Shown here: positions 28,645 to 36,661 of the stretch, piece after piece
How the letters are laid out: each line of letters begins with the position of its first letter
How positions within the stretch are numbered: position 1 is the first letter of the stretch
From: an uncultured Methanosarcinales archaeon
Lineage (GTDB): Archaea; Nanobdellota; Nanobdellia; Woesearchaeales; CAZYIM01
Assembly: GCA_964647565.1 (NCBI GenBank)
Contig: CAZYIM010000008.1
Coordinates: 12,045-76,044 of the forward strand
DNA: 64,000 nt
Reading direction: 5' to 3'
Notes under the pieces: generated by a model
Database searches by the model: none
What the model was told of the DNA's origin: nothing
Seen by the model: the letters and a program-made list of their open reading frames with translations, nothing else
Made by a program: the position numbers and the translations under genes

Positions 28645-28947
28645 ATGGAAACGAATGATAAAGATTTTGAGACTGACATTAACAAAGGTAAGGTGATAGT
28701 GGATTTCTGGGCTTCATGGTGTTTTCCGTGCAGGGCCTTTGGGCCTGTTTTTGAGGAGACCTGTAAGGATTATGAGGATATTAAGTTTCTTAAGATGAAC
28801 ACAGAGGATAATCCAGATACTGCAACCAAGCTTAATGTGATGAGCCTGCCTACAATAATATTCTTTAAGGATGGCCAGGAAGTTAAACGCGAAGTTGGAT
28901 TGCAGTCAAAGGACGCATTTAAAAGCCTCATTGAGGAAGCATTCTGA
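28645..28947 (+). CDS. trxA: thioredoxin
   Basis: VDFWASWCFPCR, VMSLPT..FFKDG. Confidence 0.92.
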   Translation: METNDKDFETDINKGKVIVDFWASWCFPCRAFGPVFEETCKDYEDIKFLKMNTEDNPDTATKLNVMSLPTIIFFKDGQEVKREVGLQSKDAFKSLIEEAF

Positions 28948-29714
28948 TGTTTATTCATAATATTAATCCGGTGCTATTGCAGATAGGGCCTTTAGCTATT
29001 AGATATTATGGTCTGGTTTATGCAATAGGATTTTTATTTGCATATCTTTTCTTTATAAAAAAATATAAAGAAGTGAAAAATCTGAAGAAGAATGATGTTG
29101 AGAATCTTATTTTATATCTTATCTTAGGCGTCATTATCGGCGCTAGGTTATTGCTTTTTGTGTTCTATGATCCCTCTGTATTCTGGACAAATCCTTTGCA
29201 GATATTTAAGATTTGGGAGGGTGGTATGTCTTTTCACGGGGGATTGATAGGGGGGATACTTATTATTTGGTGGTTCTCAAGAAAACACAAGATTAATTTC
29301 TATGAAATAACAGATCTTTTAACCATTCCTGTGGCTATAATGCTTGGCATTGGCAGGATTGCTAATTTTATCAATGGAGAACTTTATGGAACCCTGACTA
29401 ATGTATCCTGGTGCTTTAAGTTTCCAGCTGCTGAAGGCTGCAGGCATCCATCGCAGCTTTATGAGATGGCGAAGAACTTCTTTATTGCAGGATTTTTAGC
29501 TATTCTGAAAACTAAGAAAAGTTTTGTTCCTGGCGTCCTGACATGGATATTTGTCCTTATGTACGGAATCTTAAGATTTATAGTTAATTTTTGGAGAGAA
29601 GAGACCAGATGGCTGGGTATTAGTATGGGGCAGTATCTTTGCCTGGGTATGATCGTGGTTTCAGTCTTTTTCCTGATTAGACTACATAAATCCCACACTA
29701 AAAGCAAAAAATAA
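28947..29714 (+). CDS. lgt: prolipoprotein diacylglyceryl transferase
   Basis: IGPLAIRYYG, IGARL, WEGGMSFHGG, GRIANFINGELYG, RHPSQLYE. Confidence 0.93.
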   Translation: MFIHNINPVLLQIGPLAIRYYGLVYAIGFLFAYLFFIKKYKEVKNLKKNDVENLILYLILGVIIGARLLLFVFYDPSVFWTNPLQIFKIWEGGMSFHGGLIGGILIIWWFSRKHKINFYEITDLLTIPVAIMLGIGRIANFINGELYGTLTNVSWCFKFPAAEGCRHPSQLYEMAKNFFIAGFLAILKTKKSFVPGVLTWIFVLMYGILRFIVNFWREETRWLGISMGQYLCLGMIVVSVFFLIRLHKSHTKSKK

Positions 29715-29741
29715 ATATAATAGAAGTTCTTTAAAAGTAAT

Positions 29742-30032
29742 ATGAAGTGTGAGCTACACGATTTTCCATTGAAAACCTATTGTAGCTGGTGTTCAAAACC
29801 AATGTGTACTGTCTGTGTTGCAGAATCAGATGGTAAGAAATACTGTAGAGGCTGTTTTTCTAAGCTTAAACCTCATGCAAGGCAGAAATTCTTTAAATCA
29901 GGTGGAACTGGTGTTATTCAGAATGTGGATCCTTCGCTTAATGAAGATGCCATTAAAGAAACCCGGGAAGAGATGGAAGATAAATATGGGGATAAGCCAG
30001 AAAGAAAGGGATTTATCTTAAACGAGCCATAA
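29742..30032 (+). CDS. B-box-type zinc-finger protein
   Basis: C..H......C..C.KP.C..C......YC..C. Confidence 0.7.
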   Translation: MKCELHDFPLKTYCSWCSKPMCTVCVAESDGKKYCRGCFSKLKPHARQKFFKSGGTGVIQNVDPSLNEDAIKETREEMEDKYGDKPERKGFILNEP

Positions 30033-30114
30033 AAAACTAAATCATTTCTAAATTACTCCTTTTTAGTGGTGAAGATTAGAAAATTTTATATAAGGATAAT
30101 GAATACTACTACAC

Positions 30115-31284
30115 ATGTCTAGACAGAAGATAAAGCGAGAGCCCCCTGAGGAAACTCTAAGGGCCATTGCTGAGAAAGCCATTGAAAAGCATTTTGATAA
30201 TGTCAGGACTCCTCTAATTAGAGCTGTTGGTGGGGAAAGCTTCTATAATTTATTCTGTAAAGGGCGTGAAAATATGTTTAAGCTTCTCGAAAAAATCAGG
30301 GACCTTGATTCTGAGAGGTATGGTCATCTCTATTATGAACCCTTCAATAAAAAGAAATCAGATAAAAACCATCATTTAGAAGAGAACGAAAGAGACATTA
30401 TTACCGAAACTTTACTGGAACTAGACGAGAAACATCCTTTAGATAGTGGCAGGATGCCCACTGGTTCGCGACTTGAAGTGTGCAAAAGATTAAAAAGTGC
30501 GGGATACAACAGGAGCGATGATTCAACCTATTACCATATGCGTGCTATTTGGAATGGACAATACCCTTGCTCTGATGGGCATATTCCCCTAAGGATGAGG
30601 CGTACTTCGAAAAAACTTGGAATAACTATCGACAATAAGATTAATGATCTTGAAAAAAGCGAACCTACTATTATCAGCTCCATATCAGGCGACAAAAAAG
30701 AGAGGAAAAAAAGGAGATTCAATCTCAAAAGGAATGTTCCTCTTGGTCATCAGAAACTGATTGCTTACATGATGGATCCTGAGAACTACCAGGTTTTTTT
30801 TGGAGAAGGCTCAAATCTGATTGCAGTAGATTTCAGGGAGACAGACACAGACTCGAAGCTTTATGAAGCTTTCAAGAAAAAGCTTGATTGTATTGAAGAT
30901 GCTGTGGAAGATCAAGAGCTGATTGAATTTGTCGATGGTTGGCTAAGATGTGATATGATTTTCAAGAGAGCTAATGGTGTCTATGCTATTGCTGAGATAA
31001 AGCAGAATGCTATTGATACTAAACAATATAGCAACGCCCAAAAAGCTCTACAACAGATAGGAGCATATACTGGGGCAGCAGAGGAGGTAGTCCGTCTGAT
31101 TGATTTTAATAACAAGAATAATCCAGAACATCAGGTGCTTAAGAACCCTGTGGAGGGTTATCTGGTGGCTTATACAATTCAACCTGATTTGCTTCTCTAT
31201 CTGACTATGACAGAAGCAAGAGGTGCTTTTGTACTAGAGAGAACCAAAGTTGATCAGTATATTGAGAAAGCAATTGGAAAATAG
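30115..31284 (+). CDS. protein with C-terminal PD-(D/E)xK (NucS-like) nuclease domain
   Basis: E...RCDMIF......IAEIK......ALQQIGAY. Confidence 0.65.
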   Translation: MSRQKIKREPPEETLRAIAEKAIEKHFDNVRTPLIRAVGGESFYNLFCKGRENMFKLLEKIRDLDSERYGHLYYEPFNKKKSDKNHHLEENERDIITETLLELDEKHPLDSGRMPTGSRLEVCKRLKSAGYNRSDDSTYYHMRAIWNGQYPCSDGHIPLRMRRTSKKLGITIDNKINDLEKSEPTIISSISGDKKERKKRRFNLKRNVPLGHQKLIAYMMDPENYQVFFGEGSNLIAVDFRETDTDSKLYEAFKKKLDCIEDAVEDQELIEFVDGWLRCDMIFKRANGVYAIAEIKQNAIDTKQYSNAQKALQQIGAYTGAAEEVVRLIDFNNKNNPEHQVLKNPVEGYLVAYTIQPDLLLYLTMTEARGAFVLERTKVDQYIEKAIGK

Positions 31285-31286
31285 AT

Positions 31287-32336
31287 TTATTTCATGACAT
31301 AGACAGTTCTGGTGGGGAATGCCATGTCAATCTTGGCCTTGTCAAATCTTTTTTTGATCTCCATGTTTACATTGTGCTGGGCTCCTAAAATATTGTCAAG
31401 GTTCTTAACCCAGTAGATAATGTTGAAGTTGAGCGAAGAATCTGCAAATTCCATAAAATTCACCAGAGATTTGTCATCTGTATCCTTTACAGAGATTATT
31501 GCTTCTTCGAGTATCTTTTTGGCCTTTTGCATGTTTTTGTAATTCGTATCATAGGTTACGCCCACTGTTATCTTGACTCTTCGCATCCTTTCTTTTGAGA
31601 TATTCTCTATTACAGAATCAGCAACTTGCGAATTAGGTATGATGATCTGGGTGCCTCCAAAGGTCTCTATCCTGGTAGTCCTTAGGCCTATTTCCCTGAC
31701 AAAGCCGTCATTATCTCCTACTTTAATCCTGTCTCCAAGCTTAAACGGCTTGTCTGTAAAAATGGCTGCGCCTCCAAAGAGGTTGGCCAATAAGTCTTTG
31801 GCTGCAAATGCAAATGCCAGTCCTCCTATACCTAGGCCAGCGACTAGTGATGTGACATCATAACCAAACCTGTCGATAATAACTATTAATGCTATGAAAA
31901 ATATGATGAACCTGACAACTTTTTTCAATATGGGCATTAAAGCATCGTCCATGGTGGTCTTGCTTTTTTCAGTCAAAGGCGTGATATAGTGTGTCAGTAT
32001 CGCCTCCAAGATAAATACGATGAACCATGCAATGTCGAGTATAAGCAGGATGCTGATGACGTTGCTGATAAATAATGAGAAGCCTGCGCTGACATTCAGG
32101 AATTTTGAACCAAAAAATATACCGCCTATGACCAAGAGAAAAACAAATGGCTTTTCTATTAAGCCAACAATGATGTCATCCACTTTGCTTTCAGTCTTCT
32201 CGGCCTTTGCTTTCATAATGGTGGAACTGATCCAGTGAATGATTCTGCCGATTAGTACGCCACCAATGATGAATGCACAGAATATCAGATATCTCCAGAG
32301 TTCATTACCAAGATAGATATTGTATAAAAAATCCAT
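31287..32336 (-). CDS. mscS: small-conductance mechanosensitive channel
   Basis: GLGIGGLAFAFAAKD...DKPFKLGD.I...G.V..IGLRTT.I, IPNS, AFPTRT. Confidence 0.93.
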   Translation of the reverse strand: MDFLYNIYLGNELWRYLIFCAFIIGGVLIGRIIHWISSTIMKAKAEKTESKVDDIIVGLIEKPFVFLLVIGGIFFGSKFLNVSAGFSLFISNVISILLILDIAWFIVFILEAILTHYITPLTEKSKTTMDDALMPILKKVVRFIIFFIALIVIIDRFGYDVTSLVAGLGIGGLAFAFAAKDLLANLFGGAAIFTDKPFKLGDRIKVGDNDGFVREIGLRTTRIETFGGTQIIIPNSQVADSVIENISKERMRRVKITVGVTYDTNYKNMQKAKKILEEAIISVKDTDDKSLVNFMEFADSSLNFNIIYWVKNLDNILGAQHNVNMEIKKRFDKAKIDMAFPTRTVYVMK

Positions 32337-32453
32337 AGTGTGCGTTGGAAACAGATGATTTAAAAAATTTACTATTTAAACCCCTCTATTTGGAACTACT
32401 CAGGAGTGATTAGTTTGACAATATTTATAAATGATGCTTTTTTCACCTATTGT

Positions 32454-32987
32454 ATGAACAAATTATTATCTTATGGGATGGTTCTTTTGACAACTGTTGC
32501 TATGGCAGGAGCTGCAAGAAGTCAGACCTATACTAAACCGTCAGAACTAGTTGAGAAAGTGCAGCAATATCAAAGAACTCATATTAATAAAAAAAGAAGA
32601 GATACATATCATACTATAACTGGATTTCCGAATGTTGATTGGGTGCTGCCAAAAGGAATTCCTTTGGGACCTGTTAAACTATTGGCTGTTAAAATAGAAT
32701 ACAAAGACAGTAAATCCGATGGACCATCAAACAAAGATCAGCTTAGATATAGTGTGAAGATAAGAACTAAAAACGGACAAGAAAAAACAGGCCGCTACTT
32801 GGTAAAGTTCAAGAAAAATAATGATTATGAGATGAAAAGGTTAGTCCGCAATGGCAAGAAACTCAAAGAAGCACATATTGAAAAAAGTGACGAGCTTTCT
32901 TCTGTGATCAGGACCATAATTGGCTCTGCATTGGATGTTGAGCTTTTCATGCAGAATCTTAGTTCAAAAACTGTATTAGGAGAATAA
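32454..32987 (+). CDS. secreted hypothetical protein
   Basis: Signal peptide MNKLLSYGMVLLTTVAMAGAARS|Q. Confidence 0.6.
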   Translation: MNKLLSYGMVLLTTVAMAGAARSQTYTKPSELVEKVQQYQRTHINKKRRDTYHTITGFPNVDWVLPKGIPLGPVKLLAVKIEYKDSKSDGPSNKDQLRYSVKIRTKNGQEKTGRYLVKFKKNNDYEMKRLVRNGKKLKEAHIEKSDELSSVIRTIIGSALDVELFMQNLSSKTVLGE

Positions 32988-33701
32988 TCATTGTAAGAAA
33001 AAGCCATCTTTTAGGGCATAACCACCCTTATATTCTTTGACCAAATCAGATTGAGATGCCATAAGCATAGTCTTGAAATATATCTCTGTCATCAAGGCTC
33101 GGGTCATTGAGCCGCTACGATGCCCGAAAGACAGATCACCTTTCTTGGACTCTTTTTCCCAATTAAGATTACCATTATTATTTTCTTTTTTCCACTTCTT
33201 AACCATCTTCCTGTCAAAATCAATCATAGTTCCGTTGTTTCTTGGATGGAACATATCATGGACTTTAATCTGGATGTAAGGAATGTGATCATACATGTAC
33301 CGCATGGTTAACTTAGCCTCAAAAGCCTTTGAATTGGTCGGCGTATCAAGTTCCTGGCTGAAAATTGGGATTGGGTCGAAAACAAAATCCTTGTAAAAGA
33401 ATATCTTGCCTTTGTCAAAGGCATTTTTTAGGCAGTGTTTGTAGGCACTCTGGACATTGTTATCCAGGCTGTCTCGGGCAGTCAATCCAAGATCGATTTT
33501 TGTGTCAAGATTATAATCCTTAAATACTCTGCCTCTATATGTATAGGTGAGGTCAGTGCCACCCATCTGACTTTTGAAAACCTTAATCTCTCCGACACCA
33601 ATATCATCTTTTGCAGAAAAACTTTTAATACCAGAACAACCGGTCATATAAAGAGTTAAAGCAGTGCAAAGCCCAACAAACAATCCCCCCAACTTCTTCA
33701 T
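32988..33701 (-). CDS. putative lipoprotein
   Basis: MKK + hydrophobic stretch + YMTGC lipobox-like motif. Confidence 0.6.
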   Translation of the reverse strand: MKKLGGLFVGLCTALTLYMTGCSGIKSFSAKDDIGVGEIKVFKSQMGGTDLTYTYRGRVFKDYNLDTKIDLGLTARDSLDNNVQSAYKHCLKNAFDKGKIFFYKDFVFDPIPIFSQELDTPTNSKAFEAKLTMRYMYDHIPYIQIKVHDMFHPRNNGTMIDFDRKMVKKWKKENNNGNLNWEKESKKGDLSFGHRSGSMTRALMTEIYFKTMLMASQSDLVKEYKGGYALKDGFFLQ

Positions 33702-33789
33702 AACAACAAGAAATGGATTAAGATATATAAAAATTGTGCTTGGGATATCACAATATTTTAATAATAGTTAGTTCAGATTTTGTTTTAGG

Positions 33790-35172
33790 TTGAAAGAGAA
33801 GAGGTTTGTTAGTTTTTTGTTAGTTGTAGTTTTATCTATGGCTTTGGCTCTTGTTTTTTTGGATTTTGTTCCTTCTGGTGGTTTGGCGGGTGTTGGTTTG
33901 AGTTGTGATTCTGTTTGTTTTGATGGTGGTTATAGTCGTGGTTTTTGTTTGCCTGAGAGTGCGGGTTGTGTTATTGAGGGTAGTGTTCATGAGGGTGTTG
34001 GTGATGTTTTTTGTTCTGAGCGGTTGTCTGTTGATGCTGTTTGTTGTTGTCTGAGAACCAGAAGTTTTGGATCTGGTCAGGAACAGGATGTTCTGACTAA
34101 GTTTGGTGGTGTTGAGTTTGTTTATGCTAATGGCCAGAGGGTTGCGAAGGTTGAGGGTGGTGATGTGTTTTTCTTTGTGAATGATCATTTGGGTAGTCCG
34201 CGGAGAGTGCTTGACTTGACAGGCAATGTTGTGAACGAACTTGACTTTTTGCCTTTTGGTTCTGAGATGACTGCTAGTGGTGAGGATTTTAAGTATACTG
34301 GCAAGGAGTTGGATCTTGATAGTGGTTTGCATTATTATGGTGCTCGTTATTATGATTCTGTTGCAGGCAGGTTTATTACTCCTGATACTGTCGAGAAGTT
34401 CCCCAATCCGTATGTCTATGTTGCTAATAATCCTATGAAGTATATTGATCCAAGAGGGCAACAACAGAAATCCGCAATAGTTTTCTTGGCAGATGCAGGT
34501 GATTTCTCAAAAGGAAAAGGATTCATCAGATCTTCCACAAAAAAATTGAAAAAACAATTTAATGGTTTTCTTTTTAATAGTTTTATTATTAGGCATACAG
34601 CCAACTATTTTGTTAGGAGTGCTCAAAACCTAAGAGATGCTTATCAAAATGAGGGTTATGAAGTACAAATCATATCAGGGCATCAAAGCTCACCTATAAT
34701 AAAATCTATAATTGAGAAAGTTCTTGAAATAGATGTGCCCACTGATGTAGAAAGTGGATGGACTGTTTCAGATTTAGTAACTGAGAATCCTGGGAAATTG
34801 GTGGGTGTTATTGGTCACAGTTCTAGAACTGATGAGCGAATTTCAGTTGATATGAAATATACTCGAAATAGTGTAGGTGCATTAAGAACTGAAGAAGCAT
34901 TTATAATGGGACAAGACAGTTCATATGTTGAAATTTTTGGGTACCCTACTGATACTGCTCACTCTAATACTTGTTTTGAGATATATGGATGCGGGCTGGT
35001 GAACTCTGTTGCAGAGAAAAAAGGAACTGTGAGTAATAAAGGTCTAAGCCTGGCCACTAAAATGAGAGGGAAATATTCTTGGGAACAAATACAAGACTAC
35101 TTTGATGAATCGGCGAATTATCCTTGGTTTAAGTCTTATGCTGGATATAAAACTGTTAAAAAAAGTGAGTGA
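33790..35172 (+). CDS. mini-Rhs protein: N-terminal TM/signal, Cys-rich domain, Rhs core, variable C-terminal domain
   Basis: DHLGS.R, PFG, YTGKELD..SGLHYYGARYYD...GRFITPD, NPY.Y..NNP.KYIDPRG. Confidence 0.9.
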   Translation: MKEKRFVSFLLVVVLSMALALVFLDFVPSGGLAGVGLSCDSVCFDGGYSRGFCLPESAGCVIEGSVHEGVGDVFCSERLSVDAVCCCLRTRSFGSGQEQDVLTKFGGVEFVYANGQRVAKVEGGDVFFFVNDHLGSPRRVLDLTGNVVNELDFLPFGSEMTASGEDFKYTGKELDLDSGLHYYGARYYDSVAGRFITPDTVEKFPNPYVYVANNPMKYIDPRGQQQKSAIVFLADAGDFSKGKGFIRSSTKKLKKQFNGFLFNSFIIRHTANYFVRSAQNLRDAYQNEGYEVQIISGHQSSPIIKSIIEKVLEIDVPTDVESGWTVSDLVTENPGKLVGVIGHSSRTDERISVDMKYTRNSVGALRTEEAFIMGQDSSYVEIFGYPTDTAHSNTCFEIYGCGLVNSVAEKKGTVSNKGLSLATKMRGKYSWEQIQDYFDESANYPWFKSYAGYKTVKKSE

Positions 35173-35248
35173 TATGCTATATTCATAGGGAAACCTATAA
35201 AATTGTGTTACAATTTTAAGGTTTGTAAATCCTTTGGATTTCCATAAC

Positions 35249-35258
35249 TTTTATAAAT
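35249..35258 (+). promoter_or_regulatory. TATA box of the rpl7ae operon
   Basis: ttttataaat about 25 nt upstream of the K-turn leader. Confidence 0.65.
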
Positions 35259-35278
35259 CATCCAGATTTCCTTCTGCT

Positions 35279-35318
35279 TACCAATGATTGATGAAGCCCT
35301 TAGGGGCTGAATGAGGTA
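35279..35318 (+). promoter_or_regulatory. tandem kink-turn in rpl7ae 5' UTR (L7Ae autoregulatory site)
   Basis: UACC-AAU-GA-UU-GAU-GA-AGCCC-UUAG-GGGCU-GA-AU-GA-GGUA: two 3-nt bulges, each followed by tandem G.A pairs. Confidence 0.8.
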
Positions 35319-35372
35319 CTTTTTTCTAGTATCTCTTAATTTAGCTATAAAAAACCTTTGGAGGTTAATAAA

Positions 35373-35687
35373 ATGAGTGAGAAAGCATATGAAACAATAG
35401 AGCTTGCAAGAAAGACTGGCAAGTTGAAAAAAGGAGTCAATGAAGTTACAAAGACCTTAGAAAAAGGCACAGCAAAGATAGTGTTTGTTGCTAAGGATAT
35501 CAATCCACCTGAAATTTCAATGCATCTTCCATTACTAGCAAAGGAAAAAGGCATCACCTGTATCGAGGTTCCTAGTAAAGAGGAGCTCGGAGCAGCAGCT
35601 GGTCTTACTTTAGGCACAGCAGCAGTTGCCATTGTTGATGAAGGGGACGCAAAAGACTTAATCAAAGATCTTGGAACTAGTGAGTGA
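35373..35687 (+). CDS. rpl7ae: 50S ribosomal protein L7Ae
   Basis: [27 protein letters not shown]. Confidence 0.96.
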   Translation: MSEKAYETIELARKTGKLKKGVNEVTKTLEKGTAKIVFVAKDINPPEISMHLPLLAKEKGITCIEVPSKEELGAAAGLTLGTAAVAIVDEGDAKDLIKDLGTSE

Positions 35688-35689
35688 AA

Positions 35690-35944
35690 ATGGCAGAAGA
35701 AAAGAAAAGCAGTGGTATTCATTTTTCCATGGGCTTTCCTGCTAGTGTAGAAGAAGTTGTGGGTAGAACAGGTACAAGAGGAGAAGCTACCCAGGTGAGA
35801 TGCAAAGTCCTTGATGGAAGGGATAAAAACAAGATCCTGAAAAGGAATGTCAGAGGCCCTGTACAGGTCGGTGATATCCTTATCCTTAGAGAGACTGAAA
35901 TCGAGGCTAGAAGCCTTTCAAAGTCTGGAAGAGGAAATCAATAG
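35690..35944 (+). CDS. rps28e: 30S ribosomal protein S28e
   Basis: [17 protein letters not shown]...RNVRGPV..GDIL.LRETE.EAR. Confidence 0.96.
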   Translation: MAEEKKSSGIHFSMGFPASVEEVVGRTGTRGEATQVRCKVLDGRDKNKILKRNVRGPVQVGDILILRETEIEARSLSKSGRGNQ

Positions 35945-35952
35945 AGGTGTTC

Positions 35953-36147
35953 ATGATGGCAAAATGTGATTTTTGTAAAACGCATATAACTCCTGGTACA
36001 GGAAAGAAGTTTATTAAAAAAGACGGCAAGATACTGGATTTTTGCTCAATGAAATGTGAGAAGAATCTGTTAAAGCTTAGACGCAAACCAAGGACCACAA
36101 AGTGGACCAAGGAGTTTGAGCAGGTCAAGAAAGGGGTAAAGAGTTAA
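35953..36147 (+). CDS. rpl24e: 50S ribosomal protein L24e
   Basis: CDFC...I.PGTG.....DG....FCS.KC......R.PR...WT. Confidence 0.96.
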   Translation: MMAKCDFCKTHITPGTGKKFIKKDGKILDFCSMKCEKNLLKLRRKPRTTKWTKEFEQVKKGVKS

Positions 36148-36148
36148 A

Positions 36149-36637
36149 ATGATCGAAAGAAGTCTGGTTGCATTAAAGCCTGATGCAGTGCAGAGGGCAT
36201 TTATAGGAAGGGTCATCACAAGGTTTGAGGATGCAGGCCTTAAGATTATCGGCATGAAGATGGTCTGGATCGATGAAGAATTCGGCAAGAAACATTATGC
36301 TGACCTTGGAGAACGTAGAGGGGAAGATGTGCTTAGAAGGATGCTTAAGCTGCTTACTTCGGGACCTGTTGTTGCCATGTGCATCGAGGGTGTCAAGGCA
36401 GTTGAAGTTGTGCGCAAGATTGTTGGAAGCACTGAACCAAGAGCAAGCCTGCCAGGTACGATTCGAGGGGACTTCGCTCATATGAGTTACGAGTATGCTG
36501 ACAATAAAGATATAGGAGTACCGAACCTGATACACGCTTCAGGCAATGTTGAGGAAGCCGAAGCTGAGACCAAACTTTGGTTCAAGGACGAGGAGCTACA
36601 CTCTTACAAGACAGTGCATGATGTACATGTGCTATAA
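36149..36637 (+). CDS. ndk: nucleoside diphosphate kinase
   Basis: KPDAVQR, GPVVAM, PGTIRGDF, NLIHAS. Confidence 0.95.
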   Translation: MIERSLVALKPDAVQRAFIGRVITRFEDAGLKIIGMKMVWIDEEFGKKHYADLGERRGEDVLRRMLKLLTSGPVVAMCIEGVKAVEVVRKIVGSTEPRASLPGTIRGDFAHMSYEYADNKDIGVPNLIHASGNVEEAEAETKLWFKDEELHSYKTVHDVHVL

Positions 36638-36661
36638 AAAACTAGGAAATAGGTGATTATT

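Noticed and set aside
30033..30114. Displaced mscS 3' end upstream of the nuclease gene
   Set aside because: No FPTRT-like peptide found on the minus strand
33832..34464. 210-aa Thr/Ile/Asn-rich ORF on the minus strand
   Set aside because: By-product of the G+T skew of the Rhs gene
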